Shown here: piece after piece, positions 1-10,277 of the stretch
Position numbering within the stretch: position 1 is the first letter of the stretch
Layout of the letters: every line of letters starts with the position of its first letter
Assembly: GCA_004431415.1 (NCBI GenBank)
Contig: QPMI01000079.1
Span: 62,001-126,000 of the forward strand
Direction of reading: 5' to 3'
Origin: Cyanophora paradoxa CCMP329
Lineage: Eukaryota > Plantae > Glaucophyta
Length of the DNA stretch: 64,000 bases
Translations under genes and position numbers: made by a program
The notes under the pieces: generated by a model
Told to the model about the DNA's origin: nothing
What the model saw: only the letters and a program-made list of their open reading frames with translations
Database searches by the model: none

Positions 1-3000
1 TGTTCATGAGGAGGATGACGCAGCCGGCGATCATGCCCATCAGCAGCGCGAAGAAGATGCCGAGCAGCAGCAGCAGGTCGAACGAGAGCAGCGCCAGCGG
101 CACCACGTAGTAGCTGCGGAGGGGGGCCGCTCGGTCGGGCGCCGAGGGGGCGGACATGGAAGAGGGGGCGCACATGAGGAAGCCGAAGACGGCGAGCATG
201 AAGCCGATGAGGAGGGCCCCCCAGGGGACGTCGCCCTTCTCCGCCCGCTCGATCGTGTACACCACCGCCTTCGTCTGCGGCGCGGGGCGAGGGCGTTGAC
301 GTTGGCGTGGCTCGAGCGGCGGCGGGGCGGGGCGGGGCGGGGCGGGGGCGCCTTGGAGTGGCGGGTGTCGAGGGAGTCGTGCAGGTTGGAGCGGAGCGCC
401 GCGCGGATGGGCAGCACCGCCGCCGCCAGCGGCACCTGCGCGCCGGCGGAACCTTAGATTCGATTGGAATGGAGCGGGCGTGGGGGCGGGGGCGGGGCGG
501 ACGGCGAAGGCGACGGCGGTGGCGGCGCCGACGGAGCGGGGGAAGAGGAGCGGGGAGACCTCCGCCTCCACCAGCCGCGACACGTACCGCATCGCCGGCA
601 CCGCCGCGATCTGAGGCGGCGTGGGTGGGGCGTCAGCCCCTCCAGCCGCCTCTCGATGGAGGGAGGGCGCGGGCCGTGTCCGCCCTTCCTAGCAACGACC
701 GGCCGGTGCCGGTGCTGGGCGGGTCGCGGCAGGCGGACCTGGGCGAGGAGGAGGCCGAGGACCCAGGCCGGCACCGCGAACGCCAGCGCGTGCACCAGCA
801 GCAGCTCCAGCACCTAAGGGGGAGGGGGTGGGGGAGGGTGGGGGGGGGGGGGGGGGGGTTGCGGGGGGTGGGGGGTGGGGGGGGGGCGGGCGCACCCCGC
901 GGCGGGTCACGCCGACCATTCGGAGCAGGCCTGCGAGAGGGGGGCGGGGACCGTGAGAGAGGGCGGGCCCGGGCGGTAAAGGACGGGTACCGAGCTCGAA
1001 GGTGCGCGTCTGGACGGAGATAATGAGGAGGGAGTCTGCGGGGGCGCGCCGTTAGCCACCCCGCTTCCGTGCCGCCGGGGCGGGGCGGGGCGGGGCGGGG
1101 CGGACAGATGAGGATGAGGGCGAGGACGATGAGGAGAGCGAAGATGACGGCGAGGAGGAGGGAGAGGTAGAGCGAGAAGGTCTTCGACTCGCCCAGCTGC
1201 TCCGCCACCGGCATCTTCGACGAGACCTGCATGCCCCCCGGGCACGCGCAGTGAGCTTCGCGCTTCTACGATTTCACGTTTTGAAGGGGAGGTAGCTAGA
1301 GATAAGGCCCTGCGCTCCGCCGCCGCCGCCGCCGCCGCCTCTCTTAGCTTCCGATCCCCCCGCGCGCTTGCGCCGCGCCGAGCGCGCCTGGTCGAATCCG
1401 ACGGAGAAGAGGACGGCGGAGGAGAAGTCCACGACGCGCTGCAGGATCACGTCGTACGAGGGGTCTGCGCCGCCCCGTCAGCGGGGCCGGGGCCCCGGGG
1501 TGCGCGGTCCTCGCGGCGGGCGGCGGGGGGGGCGGGAGGGGTACTCGCCCACGTAGACGTCGAGGCGGTCCGGGAGCTGGATCGTCACCTGGGAGGCGTA
1601 GGACCTGGGGGTACGGCGTTCAGGGTTCGGGGGTACGGAAAGGGCCGCGGGGGGTTAGGGGTACGGCCGCGCCTGTAGTCGACGGCGGCGAGGAGGGGTA
1701 GGGCGTCCGGGTCGAGCTTTGGGATGTTCGGATGCACGGTACCCGGGTCCGTCAGCAGCGGCCCCACGTCCCTGTAGTCCATGAACACCGCGTTCTGGGG
1801 GTACAGGGTTTAGGAGGGTACGGAATGAGTTCGAGGTGGGGGGGGAGAGGGGGTACCGTGACGTCCTCGGGCGTCTTGCCGAGCGTGCTCGAGACGGTCC
1901 CCTGTACCCGCACGTTGAGGTGCACGGCCCCGTAGGAGGCCGCGTAGCTGCGGGGGGGGGGGTGCGGATTCGGATCGAGGGGTGGAGAGGGGCTCCGAGA
2001 GGGGGGGGAGAGGGGTACGGCGCACGTGAAGTTGAGGCGGCGCATGGCCCCCCGCACGGGGCCCTCGAATCGGAACTTGAGATATATCCGCGACCCGGCG
2101 CCGGCGCCTGGAGGCCGGGGGATCAGTCCAGGAGAGGGGGGAGGTGGCTGAATAGAGGGGGGTGGGGGGCGGGGTGGGTGGGAAAGGGGGGTACCGAGAA
2201 TGCGCGCGGTGTTCTGGTCGATGTAGACGGAGCCGCGGTCGGGCTTTCTTGTACCCCAGCCCCGCCCCACGCCGATGCGCCGCTCCTGCTCGAAGTCTGC
2301 CGCGCAGAGGTCGGCGGGGCGCCCCGGGAGGGCCGCGAGAGGGGTACGCGCACCGATGATGTACAGGTTGACCTTCTGCTTCTCGGGGCACCGCCTAGAG
2401 GCGGATCAGGGGAGGAGGGGCCGGGGCGGCTGGAGGGGGCTCGCACAGGCAGAGGCAGCAGGCGTCGTATGTGAAGAGCCCCCGGGAGCAGATGTCGACG
2501 GGGGAGCCGTAGATCCACGCCCCGCTCGAGGGATCCGCCCCCGTCATGTCGCACGTCCTCTGCGAGTACACGAAGGCCTGCCGCAGGCAGCGGCGTCGGG
2601 AATGGGTGTCGCGCGGGGGGCGCCGACTGGGATCAAATCGCTCACGTCGCTCGTAGCGTAGCGCGGCGAGTGGTACGAGTAGCGCGGGTCGGTCAGCCTC
2701 GAGGAGATCACTGTGTAGTTGAGGAGCCCGCCGGCGGGCTGCGCGCGAAACCGCCGGGCGTGAGACGAGCCGCGGGGAGCGTCAAGCTGCGCCACGGCGG
2801 CCGCACCGTGAGAACGACATCCTGCTCGCCGCTCTGCAGCTCTGCAAGCTTGAGGAAGGCCACCGGAGCGCGCTGCAGTCCCGTGTCCAGCAGCGCGACC
2901 CTGCGGCGGCGCTCGGCGGCCGCGAGACGGGCAAGTGCTGAGGCGCGTGCGCACAGAAGAACCACGATCCAACAGGAGAAGAAGCCCAGGCAGTAGTTGG

Positions 3001-3182
3001 TCTTGCTCTTCTTGATTTGCCTTGTGGTCTGTGGGCGCGTGCGGCGCTCGGAGCGTTAAACAACGCATGAAGCGGAAGGTGGCCGGCGAGCTCACGAGAA
3101 GGACGTAGGACTTGAAGCGCAGCGCCGAGAGGCCGCTATCTAACTGCTTCCGCACCGCCTGCAGGCGCGGAAGCGCCATCAT
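1..3182 (-). CDS. Multi-exon FtsX/MacB-like ABC permease domain membrane protein; 3' end outside window
   Basis: Manual splicing gives MMALPRLQ...KTNYCLGFFSCWIVVLL...APVAFLKLAELQSGEQDVVLT...FSLYLSLLLAVIFALLIVLALILI(Y)SLLIISVQTRTFELGLLRMVGVTRRGVLELLLVHALAFAVPAWVLGLLLAQ...PIRAALRSNLHDSLD. The RTFELGLLRMVG and PIRAAL segments match the FtsX permease pattern; GT-AG introns lie between exons. Confidence 0.8.
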
Positions 3183-3255
3183 CGTGCCTCGCTTGCTCGA
3201 GCCGTCAGGCGGGGGAGCGCAGCCTACAGCGCTTCTGCATGGCCTGGAGACCCCG

Positions 3256-4260
3256 TACGCCACCCGCAAGCCTTGTCCGACGTGGACGCGCTGGCGCTGG
3301 CGAAGCGCGTTTGGAGACGGTACCCCTGGCCACGAGTCTCAACGAGTTTGCTCCGCATTGGCCCCGCAACGCGCGCGATGGCCATGAGGAGCTCGGGCAA
3401 CACGAGCCGCGACGTCGGCGCGTACGCTGGCGGCACGCACGTCCTCGACCTGAGCGACGACCTCATCAGCGCCGTGTTTCAGCATCTGGACCCGAAGCGC
3501 GAGGGCGTCTCCGTCCCGCGCGTATGCAGGCGCTTCGCGGTCGCGTGGAGGGCAGCACGCTTTGCCTCGCTCGAGCTGGCGGCGCCGAGCTCGAGCGCGG
3601 GTCTCGTCCGCCACGCACTGCGGTCAAGCGCGGGCGTCCGGGCTGCGCTCAGCGAGCTGCAGCAGCTGCGTGTGTCCCGATTTCCGTGCTCGTCGCTCGG
3701 GGACGTGCGCGGGCTCCCGTTCCTCCGGCGGCTCCACCTCGACGCGTGCGGTACGGCCTCCGCCCCGAGCTGCAGCTGCAGCAAGGGGAGCTGGACGGGC
3801 TTGCGCGCCTCTCCTCGGAGGTCCCGAGCCTCGAGTAGCTGCAGCTCAGCGGCGAGCTCCCCGTCGTGCCCGAGGAGGGCCCGCTCGCGGAGCGCGTGGC
3901 GGCGAGCGTGCGCGCCCTCCTCGCGGGGCTGCGGCGGGATCGAATCCGCGCGCTCGACCTCGTCGGGTGGCCGATGGACGCGGAGCACGTGGCGGCCCTC
4001 GGCGAGCTGACGCGCCTCGAGGCGCTCAAGTTCTCCCGGCCCCCTCCCAGCGCCTCCGGATCCTCGGGGACCCCGCCGGCCTGCGCCTCGCGTCCCTCGC
4101 GCCCCTCGAGCGCCTCGCCGCGCTCCGCATCGAGCCCGACACGGTGGACTACAAGCGGCCCCGCGGCCAGCGCGAGCTGGCGCCCGTGCGCGATCCGACG
4201 CTGCGACCCGGCGCGCGCGCGCGCCGGCGCCGCCCGCCCGTGACCGCGCGCCCGCCGCAG
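3256..4260 (+). pseudogene. 5' fragment of F-box/LRR gene, copy 1 (disabled)
   Basis: Close paralogue of 8165-9120. Carries an 11-nt insertion at 3744-3754, GAG>TAG at 3836-3838 and a 5-nt frameshift near 4036-4050. Homology stops at the intron-1 acceptor (4260). Confidence 0.85.
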
Positions 4261-4941
4261 CGGCCCCCTGTACATGTGCAGCTGGGACGCCCGCGGCCGC
4301 TACACGGCCCCCTCATAGCCTCCCTGGGGTTACTTGGCTTCGCTTATAATTACTTGGCTTCCTCCCTCAGGTGGAAAGCTCTAGTTCAGGCTGCACGGCC
4401 GCCGGGCTCCGGATCCGTACTTGGGTTCTCTATTGTAGGCTCCCATGCGGCTACGTCTTGAGCCTCGGAGTCGGGTGGTTGGTCAGTTCTGCTTCGGCTG
4501 TCTAGGTAGCTTTCCGGATCGATGTCCAAAAGGCTTGGTACCAGTCACCGTAGGGCCGGCGTAGGCTCGTCTTTCGACTTGATATTTTACGTATACATAG
4601 TTTACGGAAACTTCATCTTTATCAATCGGATCTTCAGGCCTCGTACTTATTGTCTCGCGATCGGTGTGCACGTGTGCGAATTCATTGATATCGATGCGAG
4701 CTTCGAATTCAAGGCCGGGGGACCAGCCTCTGCAGCTGCCAACGCATAAATTTAAGCTAAGGTTTAAGTGACCTCAAAGTTCAACTACACTATAGCTAGT
4801 AATGCCATTGCAATTTGGCTATAGCTATAGCCTAACAAAATTAGTAACACCTACGTGTCTCTGCGGATATCATATCTCGCGCTGCATCCACGTAAATATG
4901 CAGCTGGCCGGGCATATCTCCGACAAATAGCGAGGATGAAA

Positions 4942-5268
4942 TCACTTGAAGCGCTGATGGGCGATCTGCAGGACTGTCGAAACCACTAGAGATCCTCCAA
5001 GACAAAAGCCAAGAGAGAAGCCAAGCTCTTTTGCAGCCGCCTTGTGCCGGTCGCCGAGCTTTACTGCTGCATTCTCTAAATGAACGCCTAACTTCTCTGC
5101 AGGATCCGGAGTATCGAGACGGCTGCCGAGCTGATCACCGAGCCTAGTGCCGTGCACGCTGGCAGCTGATTCTAGATCTAGCTTGCTGGCGGGCTTTTCC
5201 CCCAGCTTGCTGCCCAGCGATCCTCCAAGTGCGCTCGCAGGCGCCGTCAACCAGTCCTTGTCCACCAG
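4942..5268 (-). CDS. Terminal exon of small hypothetical protein with C-terminal hydrophobic segment (X copy 1)
   Basis: Acceptor cacctgcag followed by LVDKDWLTAPASALGGSLGSKLGEK...LGFCLGGSLVVSTVLQIAHQRFK*. The frame is conserved in X2 via an in-frame 12-nt indel; upstream exons are uncertain. Confidence 0.4.
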   Translation of the reverse strand: MVDKDWLTAPASALGGSLGSKLGEKPASKLDLESAASVHGTRLGDQLGSRLDTPDPAEKLGVHLENAAVKLGDRHKAAAKELGFSLGFCLGGSLVVSTVLQIAHQRFK

Positions 5269-5766
5269 CTGCAGGTGTCGTGGCGATGCGAAGCCACAGA
5301 CTGTCTGCGTTCCACGACCCGGCCCCGCGGCCGGCCCCTTCAGTCGAAATCACTTCGGAGGCCGGGGGCGCAAAGAGGCCCACCTGAGACGAGAACAGCT
5401 CGCAAATACGCTCAGCACTTGCAACCGCGTCTGTGGAGTTCAAGCTCGTTACAGCCTGAGCGAGCGCAGGACTGACACACATGTACAGATCTCTACGGAC
5501 CAAGCGGCACGGATTCGTGGAGTCCGCCAGTGACTATTGGCACCTGGAGCGGCTGCGAGTGCGCGTGCCAGGAGTTTGATGGCCTCTTCTGCTGCGAAGC
5601 TTAGCGCAATCTCCGGAACTCCAATTGCACGCAGAGAAGTGAATAAGTACTACGCGCACCGGCATTGCATCATATCAGCCCACGGATATCGATCCTCTAA
5701 AGCTTGCAATTGCACGCCGGCGCGGCGCTCTCAGATTTTCGACACTGTATCCCGCCATCGACGTAC

Positions 5767-6684
5767 GAGACGGTACCCCTGGCCGCGAGTTTCAACGAGT
5801 TTGCTTCGCATTGGCCCCGCAACGCGCGCAATGGGGAGCTCGGGCAGCACGAGCCGCGACGCCGGCGCGTACGCCGGCGGCACGCACGTCCTCGACCTGA
5901 GCGACGACCTCATCGGCGCCGTGTTTCAGCATCTGGACCCGAAGCGCGAAGGCCTCTCCGTCCCGCGCGTATGCAGGCGCTTCGCGGTCGCGTGGAGGGC
6001 GGCCCGCTTTGCCTCGCTCGATCTGGCGGCGCCGAGCTTGGGTGTCTGTCGTCCACCACGTGCTCCGGCCATCGAGCGCTGGCGTCCGGGCTGCGCTCTG
6101 CGAGCTGCAGCAGCTGCGTGTGTCCAAATTTCCGTGCTCGTCGCTCGGGGACGTGCGCGGGCTCCCGTTCCTCCGGCGGCTCCACCTCGACGGCCTCCGC
6201 CCCGAGCTGCAGCAAGGGGAGCTGGACGGGCTTGCGCGCCTCTCCTCGGAGCTCCCGAGCCTCGAGGAGCTGCAGCTCAGCGGCGAGCTCCCCGTCGTGC
6301 CCGAGGAGGGCCCGCTCGCGGAGCGCGTGGCGGCGAGCGTGCGCGCCCTCCTCGCGGGGCTGCGGCGGGATCGAATCCGCGCGCTCGACCTCGTCGGGTG
6401 GCCGATGGACGCGGAGCACGTGGCGGCCCTCGGGGAGCTGACGCGCCTCGAGGCGCTCAAGTTCTCCCGGCCCCCTCCCAGCGCCTCCTCGGGGACCCCG
6501 CCGGCCTGCGCCTCGCGTCCCTCGCACCCCTCGAGCGCCTCGCCGCGCTCCGCATCGAGACCGACACGGTGGACTACAAGCGGCCCCGCGGCCAGCGCGA
6601 GCTGGCGCCCGTGCGCGATCCGACGCTGCGACCCGGTGCGCGATCCGACGCTGCCGCCCGCCCGTGACCGCGCGCCCGCCGCAG
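5767..6684 (+). pseudogene. 5' fragment of F-box/LRR gene, copy 2 (disabled, recombinant)
   Basis: 4-nt TGTC duplication at ~6043-6050 shifts the frame. Shares the 5-nt lesion near 6465-6480 with copy 1; truncated at the intron-1 acceptor. Confidence 0.85.
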
Positions 6685-7425
6685 CGGCCCCCTGTACATG
6701 TGCAGCTGCGACGCCCGCGGCCGCTACACGGCCCCCTCAGATCCTCCGTGGGGTTACTTGGCTTCGCTTACTTGGCTTCCTCCCTCAGGTGGAAAGCTAT
6801 AGTTCAGGCTGCACGGCTACATCTACATGTAGGCTCCCATGCGGCTACATCTTGAGGCTCCCATGCGGCTACATCTTGAGCCTCGGAGCCGGGTTACCGG
6901 GTAGTTGGTCAGTTCTGCTTCGGATCTCTAGGCCCCTAGGTAGCTTTCCGGATCTATGTCCAAAAGGCTTGGTACCGGTCACCGTAGGGCCGGCGTAGGC
7001 TCATCTTTAATTTCGACTTGATATTTTACGTATACATAGTTTACGGAAACTTCAGCTTTATCGATCGGATCTTCAGGCGTCGTACTTATTGTCTCGCGAT
7101 CGGTGTACACGTGTGCGAATTCATTAATATTGCTATCGATCGCGATGCCATGATGCGAGCTTCGAATTGCGAATTCAAGGCCGGGGGACCAGCCTCGAGC
7201 TCTGCAGCTGCGCATGCCAACGCAGAGATTGAAGCTTAGGTTTAAGTGACCTCAAAATTCAACTACACTATAGCTAGTAATGCCATTGCAATTTGGCTAT
7301 AGCTATAGCCTAACAAAATTAGTAACACCTACGTGTCTCTGCGGATATCATATATCTCGCGCTGCATCTACGTAAATATATATGCAGCTGGCCGGGCATA
7401 TCTCCGACAAATAGCGAGGATGAAA

Positions 7426-7740
7426 TCACTTGAAGCGCTGATGGGCGATCTGCAGGACTGTCGAAACCACTAGAGATCCTCCAAGACAAAAGCCAAGATA
7501 GATTGCAGCCGCCTTGTGCCGGTCGCCGAGCTTTACTGCTGCATTCTCTAAATGAACGCCTAACTTCTCTGCAGGATCCGGAGTATCGAGACGGCTGCCG
7601 AGCTGATCACCGAGCCTAGTGCCATGCACGCTGGCAGCTGATTCTAGATCTAGCTTGCTGGCGAGCTTTTCCCCCAGCTTGCTGCCCAGCGATCCTCCAA
7701 GGGCGCTCGCAGGCGCCGTCAACCAGTCCTTGTCCACCAG
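7426..7740 (-). CDS. Terminal exon of small hypothetical protein (X copy 2)
   Basis: Near-identical to 4942-5268 with frame preserved. Confidence 0.4.
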   Translation of the reverse strand: MVDKDWLTAPASALGGSLGSKLGEKLASKLDLESAASVHGTRLGDQLGSRLDTPDPAEKLGVHLENAAVKLGDRHKAAAIYLGFCLGGSLVVSTVLQIAHQRFK

Positions 7741-8286
7741 CTGCAGGTGTCGTGGCGATGTGAAGCCACAGACTGTCTGCGTTCCACGACCCGGCCCCGC
7801 GGCCGGCCCCTTCAGTCGAAATCACTTCGGAGGCCGGGGGCGCAAAGAGGCCCACCTGAGACGAGAACAGCTCGCAAATACGCTCAGCACTTGCAACCGC
7901 GTCTGTGGAGTTCAAGCTCGTTACAGCCTGAGCGAGCGCAGGACTGACACACATGTACAGATCTCTACGGACCAAGCGGCACGGATTCGTGGAGTCCGCC
8001 AGTGACTATTGGCACCTGGAGCGGCTGCGAGTGCGCGTGCCAGGAGTTTGATGGCCTCTTCTGCTGCGAAGCTTAGCGCAATCTCCGGAACTCCAATTGC
8101 ACGCAGAGAAGTGAACAAGTACTACGCGCACCGGCATTGCATCATATCAGCCCACGGATATCGATACGCTGCCCGCAAGCCTTGTCCGACGTGGAAGCGC
8201 TGGCGCCGGCGAAGCGCGTTTGGAGACGGTACCCCTGGCCGCGAGTCTCAACGAGTTTGCTTCGCATTGCCCCCGCAACGCGCGCA

Positions 8287-10219
8287 ATGGGGAGCTCGGG
8301 CAGCACGAGCCGCGACGCCGGCGCGTACGCCGGCGGCACGCACGTCCTCGACCTGAGCGACGACCTCATCAGCGCCGTGTTTCAGCATCTGGACCCGAAG
8401 CGCGAAGGCCTCTCCGTCCCGCGCGTATGCAGGCGCTTCGCGGTCGCGTGGAGGGCGGCCCGCTTTGCCTCGCTCGAGCTGGCGGCGCCGAGCTTGGGTG
8501 TCGTCCACCACGTGCTCCGGCCATCGAGCGCTGGCGTCCGGGCTGCGCTCAGCGAGCTGCAGCAGCTGCGTGTGTCCCGATTTCCGTGCTCGTCGCTCGG
8601 GGACGTGCGCGGGCTCCCGTTCCTCCGGCGGCTCCACCTCGACGGCCTCCGCCCCGAGCTGCAGCAAGGGGAGCTGGACGGGCTTGCGCGCCTCTCCTCG
8701 GAGCTCCCGAGCCTCGAGGAGCTGCAGCTCAGCGGCGAGCTCCCTGTCGTGCCCGAGGAGGGCCCGCTCGCGGAGCGCGTGGCGGCGAGCGTGCGCGCCC
8801 TCCTCGCGGGGCTGCGGCGGGATCGAATCCGCGCGCTCGACCTCGTCGGGTGGCCGATGGACGCGGAGCACGTGGCGGCCCTCGGGGAGCTGACGCGCCT
8901 CGAGGCGCTCAAGTTCTCCCCCTCGCAGCGCCTCCTCGGGGACCCCGCCGGCCTGCGCCTCGCGTCCCTCGCGCCCCTCGAGCGCCTCGCCGCGCTCCGC
9001 ATCGAGCCCGACACGGTGGACTACAAGCGGCCCCGCGGCCACCGCGAGCTCGCGCCCGTGCGCGATCCGACGCTGCGCGCGCGCCGGCGCCGCCCGCCCG
9101 TGACCGCGCGCCCACCGCAGCTCGGGGGCTTCCGCCGCCTGCGCTCCCTTGAAATCTACGACCTGTGGGCCGAGTCGTCCCCCGAGGAGCCCCTCCAGTT
9201 CCTGCGCGACCTCGCCCCCTCCCTCCGCCGCCTCGAGATCTCCTGCTCGGCCCGCCCGCACACCCGAACTCTGCCCTTCCTTCTCCTTGCCCCCTGACTC
9301 CCCCCCTGTCAGGTCCGCGGGGACGCCAGCGGCGGGCTGGCAGAGCTTGGCGACCTTTCGTCCCTCCGGAGCCTCCGCGTTCGGCTCCTTTCCTCCACCC
9401 ACTCGGCCGACGCGCGTACCCCCTCCGGGATCGCGTACCCCTCTAAACTCGGTACCCCGCAGGTCGCGCCGCAGATCGCGAGGCTTACGGGCCTCGAGGA
9501 GCTGTCGCTCTCGAACTTCGAGCGGCTCCCGCCCGAGGCGCGCCTGCGTGCACGTACCCGTCCTCCGCCAGAGGCAGCCCCCCCTAACGGGATAAGCCCT
9601 CCAGATCTGCGGGGCCCTGCGAGGGGTGCGCTCCCTCGAGATGAGCCTCGGCCTGCTCGGCATCAGCCAGGTACCCCCCGACCACCCCTCTCCTCCCATG
9701 TGCCCCCCGGGAGCAACGTTGTATCCCCGCAGGAGACGTTCGACGGGATCGTGGGGCAGCTGGAGGCGCACTTCCCGCGGCTCACGGACCTCCGCTGGAG
9801 CCTCGACGTCTTCCGTGCGATCCCGCCGGATCCATCGAGCCGGCCCGGGCGCTCGCTCGCGCTGACCTGCGGCTGTGGCTCGGATCCGGCGCGGCGCAGT
9901 GGACATCTCGGTGGCCTCCCTCGCCCGCCTGGCCGCCAGGGGCCTCCAGCACGCCCGCCTCCGCGTCTTCGACGGGTACAGCTCGATCCACGAAAGGGCT
10001 CCGCACTCCCGTCGCAACTCAGATGAACGTACCCCGCAGGCGCGTGCTAGGGGAGGAGCAGCTCCGGAAGCGGTGCCCCCAGCTGGCCCTCGAGGTGGGC
10101 CTGCCCGCCTGCCCGGCGCCGGCCCTCAAGTCCCTCTCCTGAACCCGGCGGCGTGCACGCAGGTCGTGCGGGGCGACTGGCGCCCCTGCGAGCCCTCTGA
10201 CGTCGACTTCCATAGTTAA
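8287..10219 (+). CDS. F-box/LRR protein, intact multi-exon copy
   Basis: F-box VLDLSDDLISAVFQHLDPKREGLSVPRVCRRFAVAW followed by LxxLxL repeats (LPFLRRLHL, LPSLEELQL, LTRLEALKF, FRRLRSLEI, FPRLTDLRW). Ends VDFHS* with TAA at 10217-10219. Confidence 0.8.
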
Positions 10220-10277
10220 CGCTGCGCTTCGCGCACTGTACCCACATAATTTACGATAATCTAAAGCCGGTGAGGAG

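Larger units (their letters stand above)
3256..9120. repeat. Tandem A-X-A-X-A segmental repeat with ~2.45-kb period (A ~1.0 kb F-box 5' part; X ~1.45 kb)
   Basis: A1 3256-4261, X1 4262-5693, A2 5767-6685, X2 6686-8165, A3 8165-9121; copies align directly by eye. Confidence 0.95.

Noticed and set aside
3836-3838. In-frame TAG as possible stop-codon reassignment
   Set aside because: The same copy has frameshifts, sister copies have GAG, and TAG terminates other genes in the window.
3256-9120. A-X-A-X-A as an LTR retrotransposon tandem
   Set aside because: A is a host F-box exon plus intron with no TG..CA ends, and X has no gag/pol, PBS or PPT.
8248-10017. 589-aa minus-strand ORF and the many other long Arg/Gly/Pro-rich ORFs in the track (e.g. 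13274-14770, 18348-19601, 49630-50904)
   Set aside because: Antisense shadows or read-through of stop-poor GC-rich introns; no family motifs beyond those explained by the spliced genes.
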